A stretch of DNA of 64,000 nt from Nitrospinaceae bacterium (lineage in GTDB: Bacteria; Nitrospinota; Nitrospinia; Nitrospinales; Nitrospinaceae): positions 1,440,001-1,504,000 of the forward strand of contig OZ250172.1 of NCBI GenBank assembly GCA_965237905.1. Reading direction: 5' to 3'. Shown here one piece after another: positions 50,727 to 60,591 of this stretch. Under the pieces are notes generated by a model that did not search any database, was not told where the DNA came from, and worked only from the letters and a program-made list of their open reading frames with translations. The position numbers and the translations under genes were made by a program. Numbering within the stretch: position 1 is the stretch's first letter; each line of letters begins with the position of its first letter.

Positions 50727-50921
50727 TTATTGATTCAAAAGATGAACGAGACTGCTGACGGCCCAAAGGGCGACCAGTGCCCAGAAGCCGGATACGGCGG
50801 TCTTGAAAAAAACATTTTCCCAATGCTTACTGAACCGGGAAGCCACGAAGGCCCCAGCGAACAAGATGAATAGTCCGGCGGTAATCATGTAATAGGGAAT
50901 GTTCCATCCGAACAGCGACAT
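50727..50921 (-). CDS. Small two-TM membrane protein
   Basis: Two hydrophobic segments; starts 3 nt after the ychJ-like stop. Confidence 0.6.
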   Translation of the reverse strand: MSLFGWNIPYYMITAGLFILFAGAFVASRFSKHWENVFFKTAVSGFWALVALWAVSSLVHLLNQ

Positions 50922-50924
50922 GGC

Positions 50925-51437
50925 CTATTTTCCACAACACTTCTTAAATTTCTTACCACTGCCGCACGGGCAGGGATCGTTGCGGCCCACTTTGGGACCT
51001 TCGCGCACCACAGGTTGTTGGGGTTCCTCATGAACTTTCTTATGGATGGTGGATTGCTTTTCGCTGTAAGTCCATCGGCCGTTCTCTTTCAGGAATTTTG
51101 ACGATTCGCGGATGGAATGTTCTTCGTCATCCTCTTTATAAAATGCGGCGAAGGTCACCTCCCCTTCGTCATCCTGCAAACTCCCTTTTTTGGAACCCAA
51201 TATTTCCAGTTTGAGCCACTCCACGCCCTTGCCCCATTTTTCAAATGTCTTCCGGCTTTTCTCAGGACGTTCGCTGGAGTGCGTGGTTTGTATCAGGTAA
51301 TCCCAGTTTCTTAGCGTGTAAGCGGTGTAACGCGAGCGCATCAAATCTTCTGCGGTATCCGCATAGCCGGTGCCGCGAATCAAAGGACCGCAACAATCGG
51401 AATAAGGGGACTGCAACCCGCATGGGCAATCTTTCAT
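50925..51437 (-). CDS. YchJ-family protein with SEC-C motif
   Basis: CPCG...[34 protein letters not shown]. Confidence 0.92.
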   Translation of the reverse strand: MKDCPCGLQSPYSDCCGPLIRGTGYADTAEDLMRSRYTAYTLRNWDYLIQTTHSSERPEKSRKTFEKWGKGVEWLKLEILGSKKGSLQDDEGEVTFAAFYKEDDEEHSIRESSKFLKENGRWTYSEKQSTIHKKVHEEPQQPVVREGPKVGRNDPCPCGSGKKFKKCCGK

Positions 51438-51592
51438 TTCTCATTCACCTTTTAAAATTTGCGACGCAGAACAGGAACCGTATTGAAACAGAAATCCAAA
51501 CAGACCTGATAAAGCCAACGCTCTTAATGTTCGCGTGGGAAGTATACAATCAAGCGAGGTTCCCGGGGAGAGAAAACGGACGTGACGAAACA

Positions 51593-52441
51593 TCAATCGA
51601 AGAAAAGACCGACCGCTTCATCCACCTGGTCGCGGACATAACCCTGGACCTCCGTTAAATAGGAACGGGTGAGTCCGGTCCGCTGGATAGCGGCCGGGTC
51701 CAGTACGGGTATGGTGGGCTCGCCTCCAGTCCCCAAATCCATTTCATAGGCAATGATATCGGCCAGGTGCACGATGGCTGGAAACAAGGGGTGGTCCTTT
51801 GCTTCGGAGGGACGATGGTGATACTGCACCGCTTCGACAAGACTTCTGGGAAGTCCCCATTTTGTAAATACGATGGCACCCACCTCGGCATGCGTAAAAC
51901 CCAGCACCTCCTCCTCCACAGTGGACAGCGGCAGACCCTCGGATTTGCACCGGGTGAGAATCTCCCGGGCTTTGTCAGGAATTTCCTTATAAAGGATCAG
52001 ACTGCCGATATCGTGAAGCATGCTGGCGGTGTAATACGGTTCCACATGTTTCTCCCCCATGTTTTGGGCAATGGTGCGTGCGGCCAAACCGCAACCGATG
52101 CTATGCATCCAAAAGGACTGCATGTTGACCAGGCCCTTATCGATCCCTTTAAACTGCTTGATCATGGTGGTGGCCAGAGCCAATTCTGATAACTGCTCGA
52201 TGCCGACAATTCCCAAAGCGTGGACAATGGTTTCCACTTTGGAACCTCGTCCGTAAAATGGGCTATTGGCCATTCGCAACAGGTGCGCGGCCAGACTGGG
52301 ATCGGCATTGATGATATTGCTGAAATCATCAAAGGACGCATCCGGGTCCTGCATGGCTTGATAAAGTTTATGGTAAACCGGAGGAGGCGAACCGATCCAA
52401 TCCGCTACCACATCATTAAAAATCTCACTTGTTTTATCCAT
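51593..52441 (-). CDS. HDOD domain protein
   Basis: DPSLAAHLLRMANSPFY, FWMHS, LHDIG, HAEVG...WGLP. Confidence 0.92.
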   Translation of the reverse strand: MDKTSEIFNDVVADWIGSPPPVYHKLYQAMQDPDASFDDFSNIINADPSLAAHLLRMANSPFYGRGSKVETIVHALGIVGIEQLSELALATTMIKQFKGIDKGLVNMQSFWMHSIGCGLAARTIAQNMGEKHVEPYYTASMLHDIGSLILYKEIPDKAREILTRCKSEGLPLSTVEEEVLGFTHAEVGAIVFTKWGLPRSLVEAVQYHHRPSEAKDHPLFPAIVHLADIIAYEMDLGTGGEPTIPVLDPAAIQRTGLTRSYLTEVQGYVRDQVDEAVGLFFD

Positions 52442-52494
52442 ACCTCAAACAACTCCCAATTACCGTATACGATCAACCTCTAGCGGACCCGTCC

Positions 52495-53487
52495 TCAGGG
52501 AAGGGTCCGATGACGCAGGTAAATCGCAACGATCAATATCAATAACGCGACCACCCAAAACACAATATAGGTGGTCATGGATTGCCGGGCCTTTAGCTTC
52601 TCCAAACCGGTGCGCGGTTTGATGCCCCGGGCAAGAAACGTTACTTTTGCGGACAGGTTGACGCAGACCACGTTCACTGCCAGTAACAACGCCGCTCCCA
52701 TCGCTGATTCCATTTTTCCCGCGCCCAGCATCAGTCCCATGGTAGCGGTAGGGGGAAGCAGAGCGACTGCCACCATCACCCCAACCAGTACGCTGGGCAA
52801 TCCGGTGGACAAGGACAACACTGCCGCGGCACCGGAAGCCAGCGCCAGAGCAATCGAGTCCAACCCAACATCTGTCCGTGCCAGCAATTCCCGGCTGTCA
52901 AAATTGAGATGCCATAATTTTCCGATCAGTATGGAAAGCCCCAACGCTACGACGAAACCGACCGCTCCGGTCTTCAAGGATTTCCAGATCAGTTCTGTAT
53001 CCCCAAGAGCGGTAGCCAGAGCAAGAGCAATATTAGGTCCCAGCAAAGGAGCGATCACCATGGCGCCGATCACCACCGTCACATTATCTTCCAACAGGCC
53101 GATCGCCACGACGATGGTCGACAGCACCACCAGGATCACATAAGTGCTGTTCAACCGCGCATTTTTTTCTATGTTGCTATAGAGTTCCTCGCGTGTTGTG
53201 GATCCGGACTTCTCCATCTTCGAGTTTTTGTCCCCGTTGGTTTCCACACGGGGCAAAACCGCTTCCACGGCGGAAACGACGATCTTGGCTTTGGCACTGT
53301 TGCCCAACGCGCCCTGGAGTGCATCCAAAACCTCCTGCCTTTGCCCGTCTCCGACGATCAAACGGATCACCCGGCGGCCATCTTCCCCTTTTGGCCCCAG
53401 CCAGCAATCCTGCACTTCATGCTGGTCGGCAATGGTGGTGATGATGTCCTGATAGCTGACGTCGGCAATGACTTCAATAATTTTCAT
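52495..53487 (-). CDS. TIGR00341/DUF389 family membrane protein
   Basis: VVIGAMVIAPLLGP, LVGVMVAVALLPP; start at MKIIEV. Confidence 0.88.
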   Translation of the reverse strand: MKIIEVIADVSYQDIITTIADQHEVQDCWLGPKGEDGRRVIRLIVGDGQRQEVLDALQGALGNSAKAKIVVSAVEAVLPRVETNGDKNSKMEKSGSTTREELYSNIEKNARLNSTYVILVVLSTIVVAIGLLEDNVTVVIGAMVIAPLLGPNIALALATALGDTELIWKSLKTGAVGFVVALGLSILIGKLWHLNFDSRELLARTDVGLDSIALALASGAAAVLSLSTGLPSVLVGVMVAVALLPPTATMGLMLGAGKMESAMGAALLLAVNVVCVNLSAKVTFLARGIKPRTGLEKLKARQSMTTYIVFWVVALLILIVAIYLRHRTLP

Positions 53488-53750
53488 AGGAGACTTAGCA
53501 GTTTGAGCAGGTTGTAAAAATGGATAGACCGCTGAATGGCACCGACCTTGATCCCCAAACAATACGAATATAAATATTGTAAGGAGGGTCGGGGTAAATT
53601 AAAAGGATGAATTTAAGCATGTATCTCTTTTTGTTTATATTACAGCACCTGATTTTCTTCCTGTTTGCTTCAATTTGCCTTATCCTGATAAAGATATCCT
53701 TCCCGCCGTGCAGACATTCACGGCTAATCCAATTTTAACTTCTACCATTC

Positions 53751-55256
53751 ATGCCCTTGAAATCACAATACAGCCTCCTCGCCCGGATTTTGGTTTACTG
53801 CTACGCGATCAACGCCTTTGCCTATGCCGGCTCCGATTTTGACCTGTGGGGCCATATCAAGTTCGGCGAAGATATCTGGCAAACGGGAGCGGTGCCTAAA
53901 ACCGATCCTTACAATTATGTTTTTCCAAACCACGCATGGTTCAATCATGAATGGTTGACGGAAGTCCTGTTTTACCTGCTGTACAAATTTTTTGGGTCCA
54001 CCGGCATCCTGATCTTCAAACTGGGACTCGGCTTGACCATCATACATTTGCTTTCCCAGTTATATTTTGAGCGCTCCAAAAATATTCCCGTGTACTGCCT
54101 CTTTTTCGTCTTGTGGACACATGTTATCGCTACCGGTTTTGCCAGCCGGCCTCACTTGATGACCTTCCTGTTCCTCACGGTTCTGCTGGTGATTCTGTAC
54201 CGCTACTCAGAAGGCAAACGGCAGGCGATCTGGTGGGTGCCTCCCTTGATGGCGCTCTGGGTGAATTGCCACGGCGGCTTTGTGGCGGGATTCGGAATTT
54301 TCGGGATGTTTGTTTTTATCGAGTCGATCACTCGCATTCGGGAGCGGGGAAAACCGGACACCATTTTATTGTATTCTCTGGGAATTTCATTTCTCGCGCT
54401 TTTGGTCAATCCATACGGCTACCACTTGTTAACATTTCTTCTGGAAACCATTCCCCGTGAACGGCAGGTGCAGGAGTGGTGGCCCATCCCCTTATGGAGC
54501 ACACAATTCATCCATTATAAAATTCTGGCGCTTCTGTTCTTAGCATCCCTGTTTTCTCCGGCGCGCAAACGACCCTGGGAGTTGGCGATTATCGCTTTCA
54601 GTGTGTTTTACGGATTCAAACACCAGCGGCATTCGGTCCTGGCCGTTATCGTCATGGCACCGATGGCGGCCGCCTGCTTCGCCCAGTTGATGGAGTCCTG
54701 GACCGCTTCCCACAAAAGCCGGACCTGGCCGCGCTGGGTCCATGTGGGGGTTCTGGTATCCATGGGCTTGTTCGCGGGTTTCCAACTGAGCCATAATTTT
54801 TTAAAATGGCAGAGATACGGGTTTCAGATCCACGTCGACCCGGCTACCAACCCGGTATACGCGGTTCGGTTTCTTCAAGAGAACGGGGTGAACGGCAATA
54901 TCCTGACCACTTCGGACTGGGGGGAATATGTGATTTGGAAATTGCCGGAGTCGAAGATATCCGTGGATGGCCGTTACTGGACGGTGTATCCACCGGATTC
55001 CATTATTCAGAATATGGTCTTTCAAGCCGGTTGGGAGGGATGGAAGTATTATCTGGACCTCTATCCACACGAAATCATTTTAACGATTCTGAGAAACCAG
55101 GCCCTAGAATCCCACGAGGGATGGGTAAAAATTTATCAGGATCATAATTCGCGGATTTTTGTGCGCAATACCGATCCACCGCACCCGGCTCACAAAAAAT
55201 TTGTCGACCGCACGTTGATATACAACAACAGCCCGCCCTCGCGGGTGTTCCCTTAA
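53751..55256 (+). CDS. Polytopic membrane protein, GT-C glycosyltransferase-like
   Basis: DFDLWGHIKFG and WFNHEWL in the first loop, LWVNCHGGF, LVNPYG, C-terminal soluble domain with WGEY and VDGR. Confidence 0.7.
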   Translation: MPLKSQYSLLARILVYCYAINAFAYAGSDFDLWGHIKFGEDIWQTGAVPKTDPYNYVFPNHAWFNHEWLTEVLFYLLYKFFGSTGILIFKLGLGLTIIHLLSQLYFERSKNIPVYCLFFVLWTHVIATGFASRPHLMTFLFLTVLLVILYRYSEGKRQAIWWVPPLMALWVNCHGGFVAGFGIFGMFVFIESITRIRERGKPDTILLYSLGISFLALLVNPYGYHLLTFLLETIPRERQVQEWWPIPLWSTQFIHYKILALLFLASLFSPARKRPWELAIIAFSVFYGFKHQRHSVLAVIVMAPMAAACFAQLMESWTASHKSRTWPRWVHVGVLVSMGLFAGFQLSHNFLKWQRYGFQIHVDPATNPVYAVRFLQENGVNGNILTTSDWGEYVIWKLPESKISVDGRYWTVYPPDSIIQNMVFQAGWEGWKYYLDLYPHEIILTILRNQALESHEGWVKIYQDHNSRIFVRNTDPPHPAHKKFVDRTLIYNNSPPSRVFP

Positions 55257-55265
55257 TCCAAGCGC

Positions 55266-56141
55266 TTACGGCGGGCCGATCCAGGTTCTCCAATCATCGC
55301 CGATCATGCCCTTGTTCCGGTAACGTTGCAGGGCCTCCTTGCAATGGCAGGCGCGCTCCCGGTCTTTTAACAGGGTCAGGCTGGCGGCGAGGATGGCAGG
55401 GAACTGCAGAACGGATTTTTCGACGGCGGATTTCTCCTGATCCGTTTGCATCCCTTCAAATAATTGGCCGGTTTTGAATTCCCGATCGGTTACTCCCTCC
55501 GCGTAATTGGTCAGGTAGCACACCGGCGCATAGCACATCTCCAACTCCCGCGCGAGAAAAGTTTCCGGCACGAGAGTCATTCCCACCAGATCAGCTCCGA
55601 TGATTCGAAATTTTTTAATCTCCGCGGGTGACTCCAGACGCGGTCCTTCCGTGCACACATACACGCCTTCTTCATGATGGGGAATGCCGGAATGGTGAAC
55701 CGCATCGTGCAGAACTTCCCGCACTTCCGGACAGAACGGATGGCTTTGCCGGATGAAACCAACGCCGCTATTCTTGAAGAAGGTGGATTCCCGGTTGCGG
55801 GTTTCGTCGATGATGTCGTGGGGAACAACAAAGTCGCCCGGCTTGAACGCGGTGTTGATGATGCCGGGCCCCGACCAGGAGATAATGCGTTCCACTCCGC
55901 ATTCCTTGAGTGCGTAAATATTGGCGCGGTAATTGACGAAGGGCGCGGTGATCGAATAATCGGTTTCGCCGTGGCGGGACAAAAATAGAAAGCCGATGTC
56001 TCCTGCTTTCAATCGGTGAATGGGGGCACTGGGTCCGAAGGGAGTGTCGAGGGTCTGGCATTCGGTCTCTTCACCCAGGCGGTTCTGGGTCAGCAAATGG
56101 TAGGCTCCGCTTCCTCCGATGACGGCCAGACGTTCTTTCAT
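55266..56141 (-). CDS. MTAP-family purine nucleoside phosphorylase
   Basis: AVIGGSG, TPFG, FLSRHG, VNYRANIYAL, EGPRLES, VGMT..PE..LARE; start at MKERL. Confidence 0.9.
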   Translation of the reverse strand: MKERLAVIGGSGAYHLLTQNRLGEETECQTLDTPFGPSAPIHRLKAGDIGFLFLSRHGETDYSITAPFVNYRANIYALKECGVERIISWSGPGIINTAFKPGDFVVPHDIIDETRNRESTFFKNSGVGFIRQSHPFCPEVREVLHDAVHHSGIPHHEEGVYVCTEGPRLESPAEIKKFRIIGADLVGMTLVPETFLARELEMCYAPVCYLTNYAEGVTDREFKTGQLFEGMQTDQEKSAVEKSVLQFPAILAASLTLLKDRERACHCKEALQRYRNKGMIGDDWRTWIGPP

Positions 56142-56154
56142 AACATGAAGGGGA

Positions 56155-56661
56155 TTAATCCAGGTAAGTTTCGATATCGCCGACATAATGCGCGGCGGAT
56201 TCGCGGATGCTTCGGGCTTCCGCATCGGTGAGCGGCCGTTTAACCTTGGCAGGCGACCCCATCGCCAAACTGCCCGGCGGAATTTTCGTGCCCGGCGTTA
56301 CCAGGGAGCCGGCGCCTACGATAGAGTTCTCTCCCACTTCGGCGTCATCCATCACTACGGCCCCCATGCCGATCAGGCACCGGTTGCCGATGGTGCAGGC
56401 GTGCAGGGTGACATTATGACCGACGGTCACTTCGTCACCGATCATCAACGGCAACGTCCGGCGCGCAACGTGCAAAACGCATCCATCCTGGATGTTGGTC
56501 CGCTTGCCGATACGAACGTAATTGACGTCGCCCCGGATGACCGCGTTGAACCAAACACTGCTTTCTTCGCCAATGACCACGTCGCCGATCACCTGCGCGC
56601 TTTCGGTCACCCAGGCGGAGGAATGAATTTGAGGTGTTGTGTCTTTAAATGGATGGATCAT
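56155..56661 (-). CDS. Gamma carbonic anhydrase family (hexapeptide repeat) protein
   Basis: VIRGDVN, TNIQDGCVLH, VTVGHNVTLHAC. Confidence 0.93.
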   Translation of the reverse strand: MIHPFKDTTPQIHSSAWVTESAQVIGDVVIGEESSVWFNAVIRGDVNYVRIGKRTNIQDGCVLHVARRTLPLMIGDEVTVGHNVTLHACTIGNRCLIGMGAVVMDDAEVGENSIVGAGSLVTPGTKIPPGSLAMGSPAKVKRPLTDAEARSIRESAAHYVGDIETYLD

Positions 56662-56851
56662 TCTGGTTTGCTTACTCCTGATTAGAAAACGGTTTTCTCA
56701 GGCCATTTTGCTACAGGGACCGGATACGAAAGCCCAGCTTTCAATTGCAATTTGGGTAGTATACCCTTAATCTTAAATGGAGGATATTATAATGCTTATG
56801 CATAGTTTTTGGCGTTAATTTTTTGGAAAACTTCATCCCCTTTAAGGCCAC

Positions 56852-58741
56852 ATGGCTGCCGACCCTGCCTCCATTCCCGATCACAAATTAACACCTGATC
56901 CCTTCCAAAATTTTAAAATCGACCGATGGGGTCCCATCATACTTTTACTGGCATTACTGGTAATGGCTGCGATCAGTTGGGGAAAGTGGCTGGATATTCT
57001 CGTGGATTTTGGCCTGCAGGTTTATACTCCCTGGCAGTTATCCCAGGGGCAAGTCCTATACAAGGATATTGTCTACATTCACGGCCCTCTATCGGCCTAC
57101 ATACACAGTTTGTTGTTTATGGTGTTTGGGCCTGGAATTTCCGTACTCGCTTGGTTTAATACCGGCCTGATCATCATCCTGACGGTCATCATTCGCCATC
57201 TTTTTTGCAATCTATACGATCCTCTAACCGGATTTCTTGCCGCGTTATCTTTTGTCGTGGTCTTTGCTTTTGGAAATTATCTCCATGTGAGCAATTACAA
57301 TTTCGTTTGCGCTTACGAATACACCTTGCCTCACGCAGTTTTTCTGAGTTTTGTGGCCATCTATCAATTCGTCAACTACCTCAGAAACCCTCTATCCCGC
57401 ACGCTATTTTGGATCGGCTTACTTTCCGGTTTAATCCTTTTGACAAAGCCCGAGGTATTTTTAGCGGAGATAACCGCTATCGGAACAGGCCTCCTGCTGC
57501 CCTTTCAACTCCAGGAAACGTCTTTGAAAAACAAGCTGCATAAAATTTTAATTTTCTTTTCAGCTTTTTTCATTCCCTATCTGGTATTTGTATTTTACTT
57601 CTCATTTCACATGCCGATAGCACAAGCCCTAGAGAGTCCTTTCACCCATTTGACGTACATCTTTAATTCTGGGATCAAAGCATTGCCCTTCTACCAGGCG
57701 GTCACGGGTACCGGGTTTTTCTGGGAAAACATGCGTAATCTGTTCATCGTTTTAGGGAGCTACCTGTTTATTTACATAGCCCTGATATTTCTCAACAAAG
57801 GGATAGTGATCCGTTATGGAAATACCCGGATATCCTATTGGATTTGTTTTGCAGGTTTTTTAACTCTTTTGATTATTTTCAAGAATGATATTTTTTGGTT
57901 GGATATGATGCGTCCTCTTCCCCTGATTCTAATCGTGTACATAGGAATTTTTATTTACCGGTGGTTTTCTCATTCTCAAACCCCGCAAGATAAAAGGCGG
58001 CAGATATCCATTTTTGTATTGTCTCTATTTTCACTGGTGTTATTGCTAAAAATTTCTTTAAAAGTACATGTCCCGCATTACGGATTTGCTCTGGCTCTAC
58101 CCGGATTCCTTATTTTCGCTGCGCTTTTGATTCATGAGTTACCTCTGGTTTTCAAAAAATTTCAGGGGTCCGCGCTGGTACCTTCAGCATTTGGACTGGC
58201 CCTTCTGCTGGCTCACACGGGTGTTATGGGATGGCTCTCTTTCAACATGTACCAAATGAAGGATTTCCCTGTCGGCAAGGGGAGAGACCGGGTTTATGAT
58301 TTTCCCCCTCACCGTGCGGGAACACCTGCGGAACCGTACATGCGCGGAATTATATTCAACTCTGCCCTTGAGTGGATTGATCAGCAACTGGGTCCAGACG
58401 AAGAATTTGTTACTTTTCCCGCAGCGCCCATGCTGAATTACATGTCACGGAGAAGGAGCCCCATCATAACGGGACTTTTTAATCCGGGTGTTTTGCTGCT
58501 GACCGGAGAAAGTCTCATACTCAATTCCCTGAAGGAAAAGTCTCCCGATTATATTGTGCTGGTAGACCAGGATTTTGCTCATCTGGGTGCGCGCTTTTTC
58601 GGAAGAGATTATGCCCAAGCCACCTTCAAATGGATCATTCAAAATTATAAAGTTGCATTACAGATTGGGGCAAAACCGCTTTCCGATCAGGGTTTTGGTA
58701 TTCAAATTCTAAAAAGACAATCACCTCATTCGGATGAATGA
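56852..58741 (+). CDS. GT-C-like polytopic membrane protein, paralog 1
   Basis: KWLDILVDFG.QVY.PW.LSQGQVLYKDI.YIHGPLS; many TM helices; C-terminal GFGIQIL. Confidence 0.72.
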   Translation: MAADPASIPDHKLTPDPFQNFKIDRWGPIILLLALLVMAAISWGKWLDILVDFGLQVYTPWQLSQGQVLYKDIVYIHGPLSAYIHSLLFMVFGPGISVLAWFNTGLIIILTVIIRHLFCNLYDPLTGFLAALSFVVVFAFGNYLHVSNYNFVCAYEYTLPHAVFLSFVAIYQFVNYLRNPLSRTLFWIGLLSGLILLTKPEVFLAEITAIGTGLLLPFQLQETSLKNKLHKILIFFSAFFIPYLVFVFYFSFHMPIAQALESPFTHLTYIFNSGIKALPFYQAVTGTGFFWENMRNLFIVLGSYLFIYIALIFLNKGIVIRYGNTRISYWICFAGFLTLLIIFKNDIFWLDMMRPLPLILIVYIGIFIYRWFSHSQTPQDKRRQISIFVLSLFSLVLLLKISLKVHVPHYGFALALPGFLIFAALLIHELPLVFKKFQGSALVPSAFGLALLLAHTGVMGWLSFNMYQMKDFPVGKGRDRVYDFPPHRAGTPAEPYMRGIIFNSALEWIDQQLGPDEEFVTFPAAPMLNYMSRRRSPIITGLFNPGVLLLTGESLILNSLKEKSPDYIVLVDQDFAHLGARFFGRDYAQATFKWIIQNYKVALQIGAKPLSDQGFGIQILKRQSPHSDE

Positions 58742-60591
58742 ACGAGATGAATCAAAATCAACTCCTGACCCGTCTAAAGAACAGGCTACAAATAATCTCT
58801 TGGGAACCCTGGCTGTTGGTTGCTTCAGGGGTGCTTATGGCCGTCATCAGTTGGCAAAAATGGCAGGATTTGATCGTCGATTTCGGGCAACAAGTGTACG
58901 TTCCCTGGCAATTGTCCGAAGGCCAGGTTTTATATCGTGATATTTTTTATATATACGGCCCACTATCGGCCTATGTGCATGCTTTATTATTCAAGATATT
59001 CGGCCCGGGTATTCTTGTTATCGCCTGGTTTAATATCGGACTGATCGTTGGCTTGACGATTATTCTGTATCAGTTATTTCGGGATCTTTCAGACGCAAGA
59101 ACAGCAAACTTTATCTGCCTGACCTTTCTGGGTGTATTTGCTTTTGGCCAATACAAACTCGGCGGTAATTACAATTTTGTCTGTGCCTATGTCTATGAAC
59201 TGTCACATGGCGTTTTCCTCAGCTTCCTGGCCCTTCTTCAATTCAAAAAATATCTGGACCGCCCCGCCCCTAAAAACCTGGGGATACTGGGCCTGCTGAC
59301 AGGACTGGTGTTCCTGACCAAACCCGAAGTGTTTTTGGCGTTGTCAGTCTCCCTTGCCGCGGGATTGGGTTTGACGTGGTATTTCAAAATAAAAACCGTC
59401 GACCGCAAATCCCTGGCTTTATTTTTGGGAGGCCTTATGTTGCCGGGCCTGGTATTCATCGTCTATTTCAGTTTTCATATGCCGGTAGCGGAATCTGTGA
59501 AATCTATTGTCGGCCCTTACCTCTTTCTTTTAAATTCCGATTTACGTGCTCTACCTCTTTATAAATGGATCATGGGAATCAATGATCCATGGACCAATCT
59601 ATCTAAAATGCTTTTATACTTCCTGGTATTCAGCCTTTCTCTCTTCCTGATTTACCTGGTGAACCGGGCTTTGAACAAAAGCATTCAAAAATATTTATTA
59701 GGGTTCAGCGTGACCGCGTGCCTGTTAATTGCCTATGCAATCCTTTCCATTCCCAATGTCCCCTGGCTATCTCTCGGACGCCCTTTGCCACTAATGATGA
59801 TGGTATTAGGAACTTTTCTTTTAATTCGAATTTTCAGGAACCGATCCGAACCCTTGCCGCAGACCTTGGGGCAATTCGTACTGGTGGTATTTGCTCTGGT
59901 TCTTCTTCTGAAAATATTTTTAAACGCACATATTTATCATTATGGATTTGCGTTAGCTTTACCGGGAACGTTAATCCTGGTGGCCTTTCTGGTTTATGAA
60001 CTGCCCTTGCGCCTTCAACCGCTTCTGGGCTCGTCACGGTTTTACCGATCTATCATGATGACTCTGGTACTTGTATTTGTGGGTTACCATGCCTGGTTCA
60101 CCAGCCGGATATATGAATTAAAGAATTATCCAGTCAGCGAAGGCCGGGACTTGGTTATCGACTACAACCGGGATTTTAATAGCCGGGGAGAAGTCATGAA
60201 TCTGGCATTGAACTATATAGATAAAAATTTCCAACCCGAAGCTGGGTTTGCCACTTTCCCCGACGGGATCATGCTGAATTATCTGGCGCGCAGGAAAAAC
60301 CCCATTGCGGATATCACTTTAAATCCCGGCGTCTGGGTCCTGGTTGGGGACAAAGCGGTACTCGAGCGATTGGAAAAAGCTTCTCCGCCTTACATTGTTT
60401 ATATTGATCGGGAGTTTCCCTATTTCGGCTACAACCATTTTGGCAAGGACTTCGCGCAAAAAATCCATGCCTGGATTCAAACCCACTATTCCATCCAGGC
60501 TCAAATCGGCGCCACCCCCTTCACCGACAAAGGATTTGGAATTCAAATCCTAAAGCGAAATACCATTCGAAAGGACCCCAGTAATGCCTGA
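58738..60591 (+). CDS. GT-C-like polytopic membrane protein, paralog 2
   Basis: KWQDLIVDFGQQVYVPWQLSEGQVLYRDIFYIYGPLS; same architecture; overlaps previous stop. Confidence 0.72.
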   Translation: MNEMNQNQLLTRLKNRLQIISWEPWLLVASGVLMAVISWQKWQDLIVDFGQQVYVPWQLSEGQVLYRDIFYIYGPLSAYVHALLFKIFGPGILVIAWFNIGLIVGLTIILYQLFRDLSDARTANFICLTFLGVFAFGQYKLGGNYNFVCAYVYELSHGVFLSFLALLQFKKYLDRPAPKNLGILGLLTGLVFLTKPEVFLALSVSLAAGLGLTWYFKIKTVDRKSLALFLGGLMLPGLVFIVYFSFHMPVAESVKSIVGPYLFLLNSDLRALPLYKWIMGINDPWTNLSKMLLYFLVFSLSLFLIYLVNRALNKSIQKYLLGFSVTACLLIAYAILSIPNVPWLSLGRPLPLMMMVLGTFLLIRIFRNRSEPLPQTLGQFVLVVFALVLLLKIFLNAHIYHYGFALALPGTLILVAFLVYELPLRLQPLLGSSRFYRSIMMTLVLVFVGYHAWFTSRIYELKNYPVSEGRDLVIDYNRDFNSRGEVMNLALNYIDKNFQPEAGFATFPDGIMLNYLARRKNPIADITLNPGVWVLVGDKAVLERLEKASPPYIVYIDREFPYFGYNHFGKDFAQKIHAWIQTHYSIQAQIGATPFTDKGFGIQILKRNTIRKDPSNA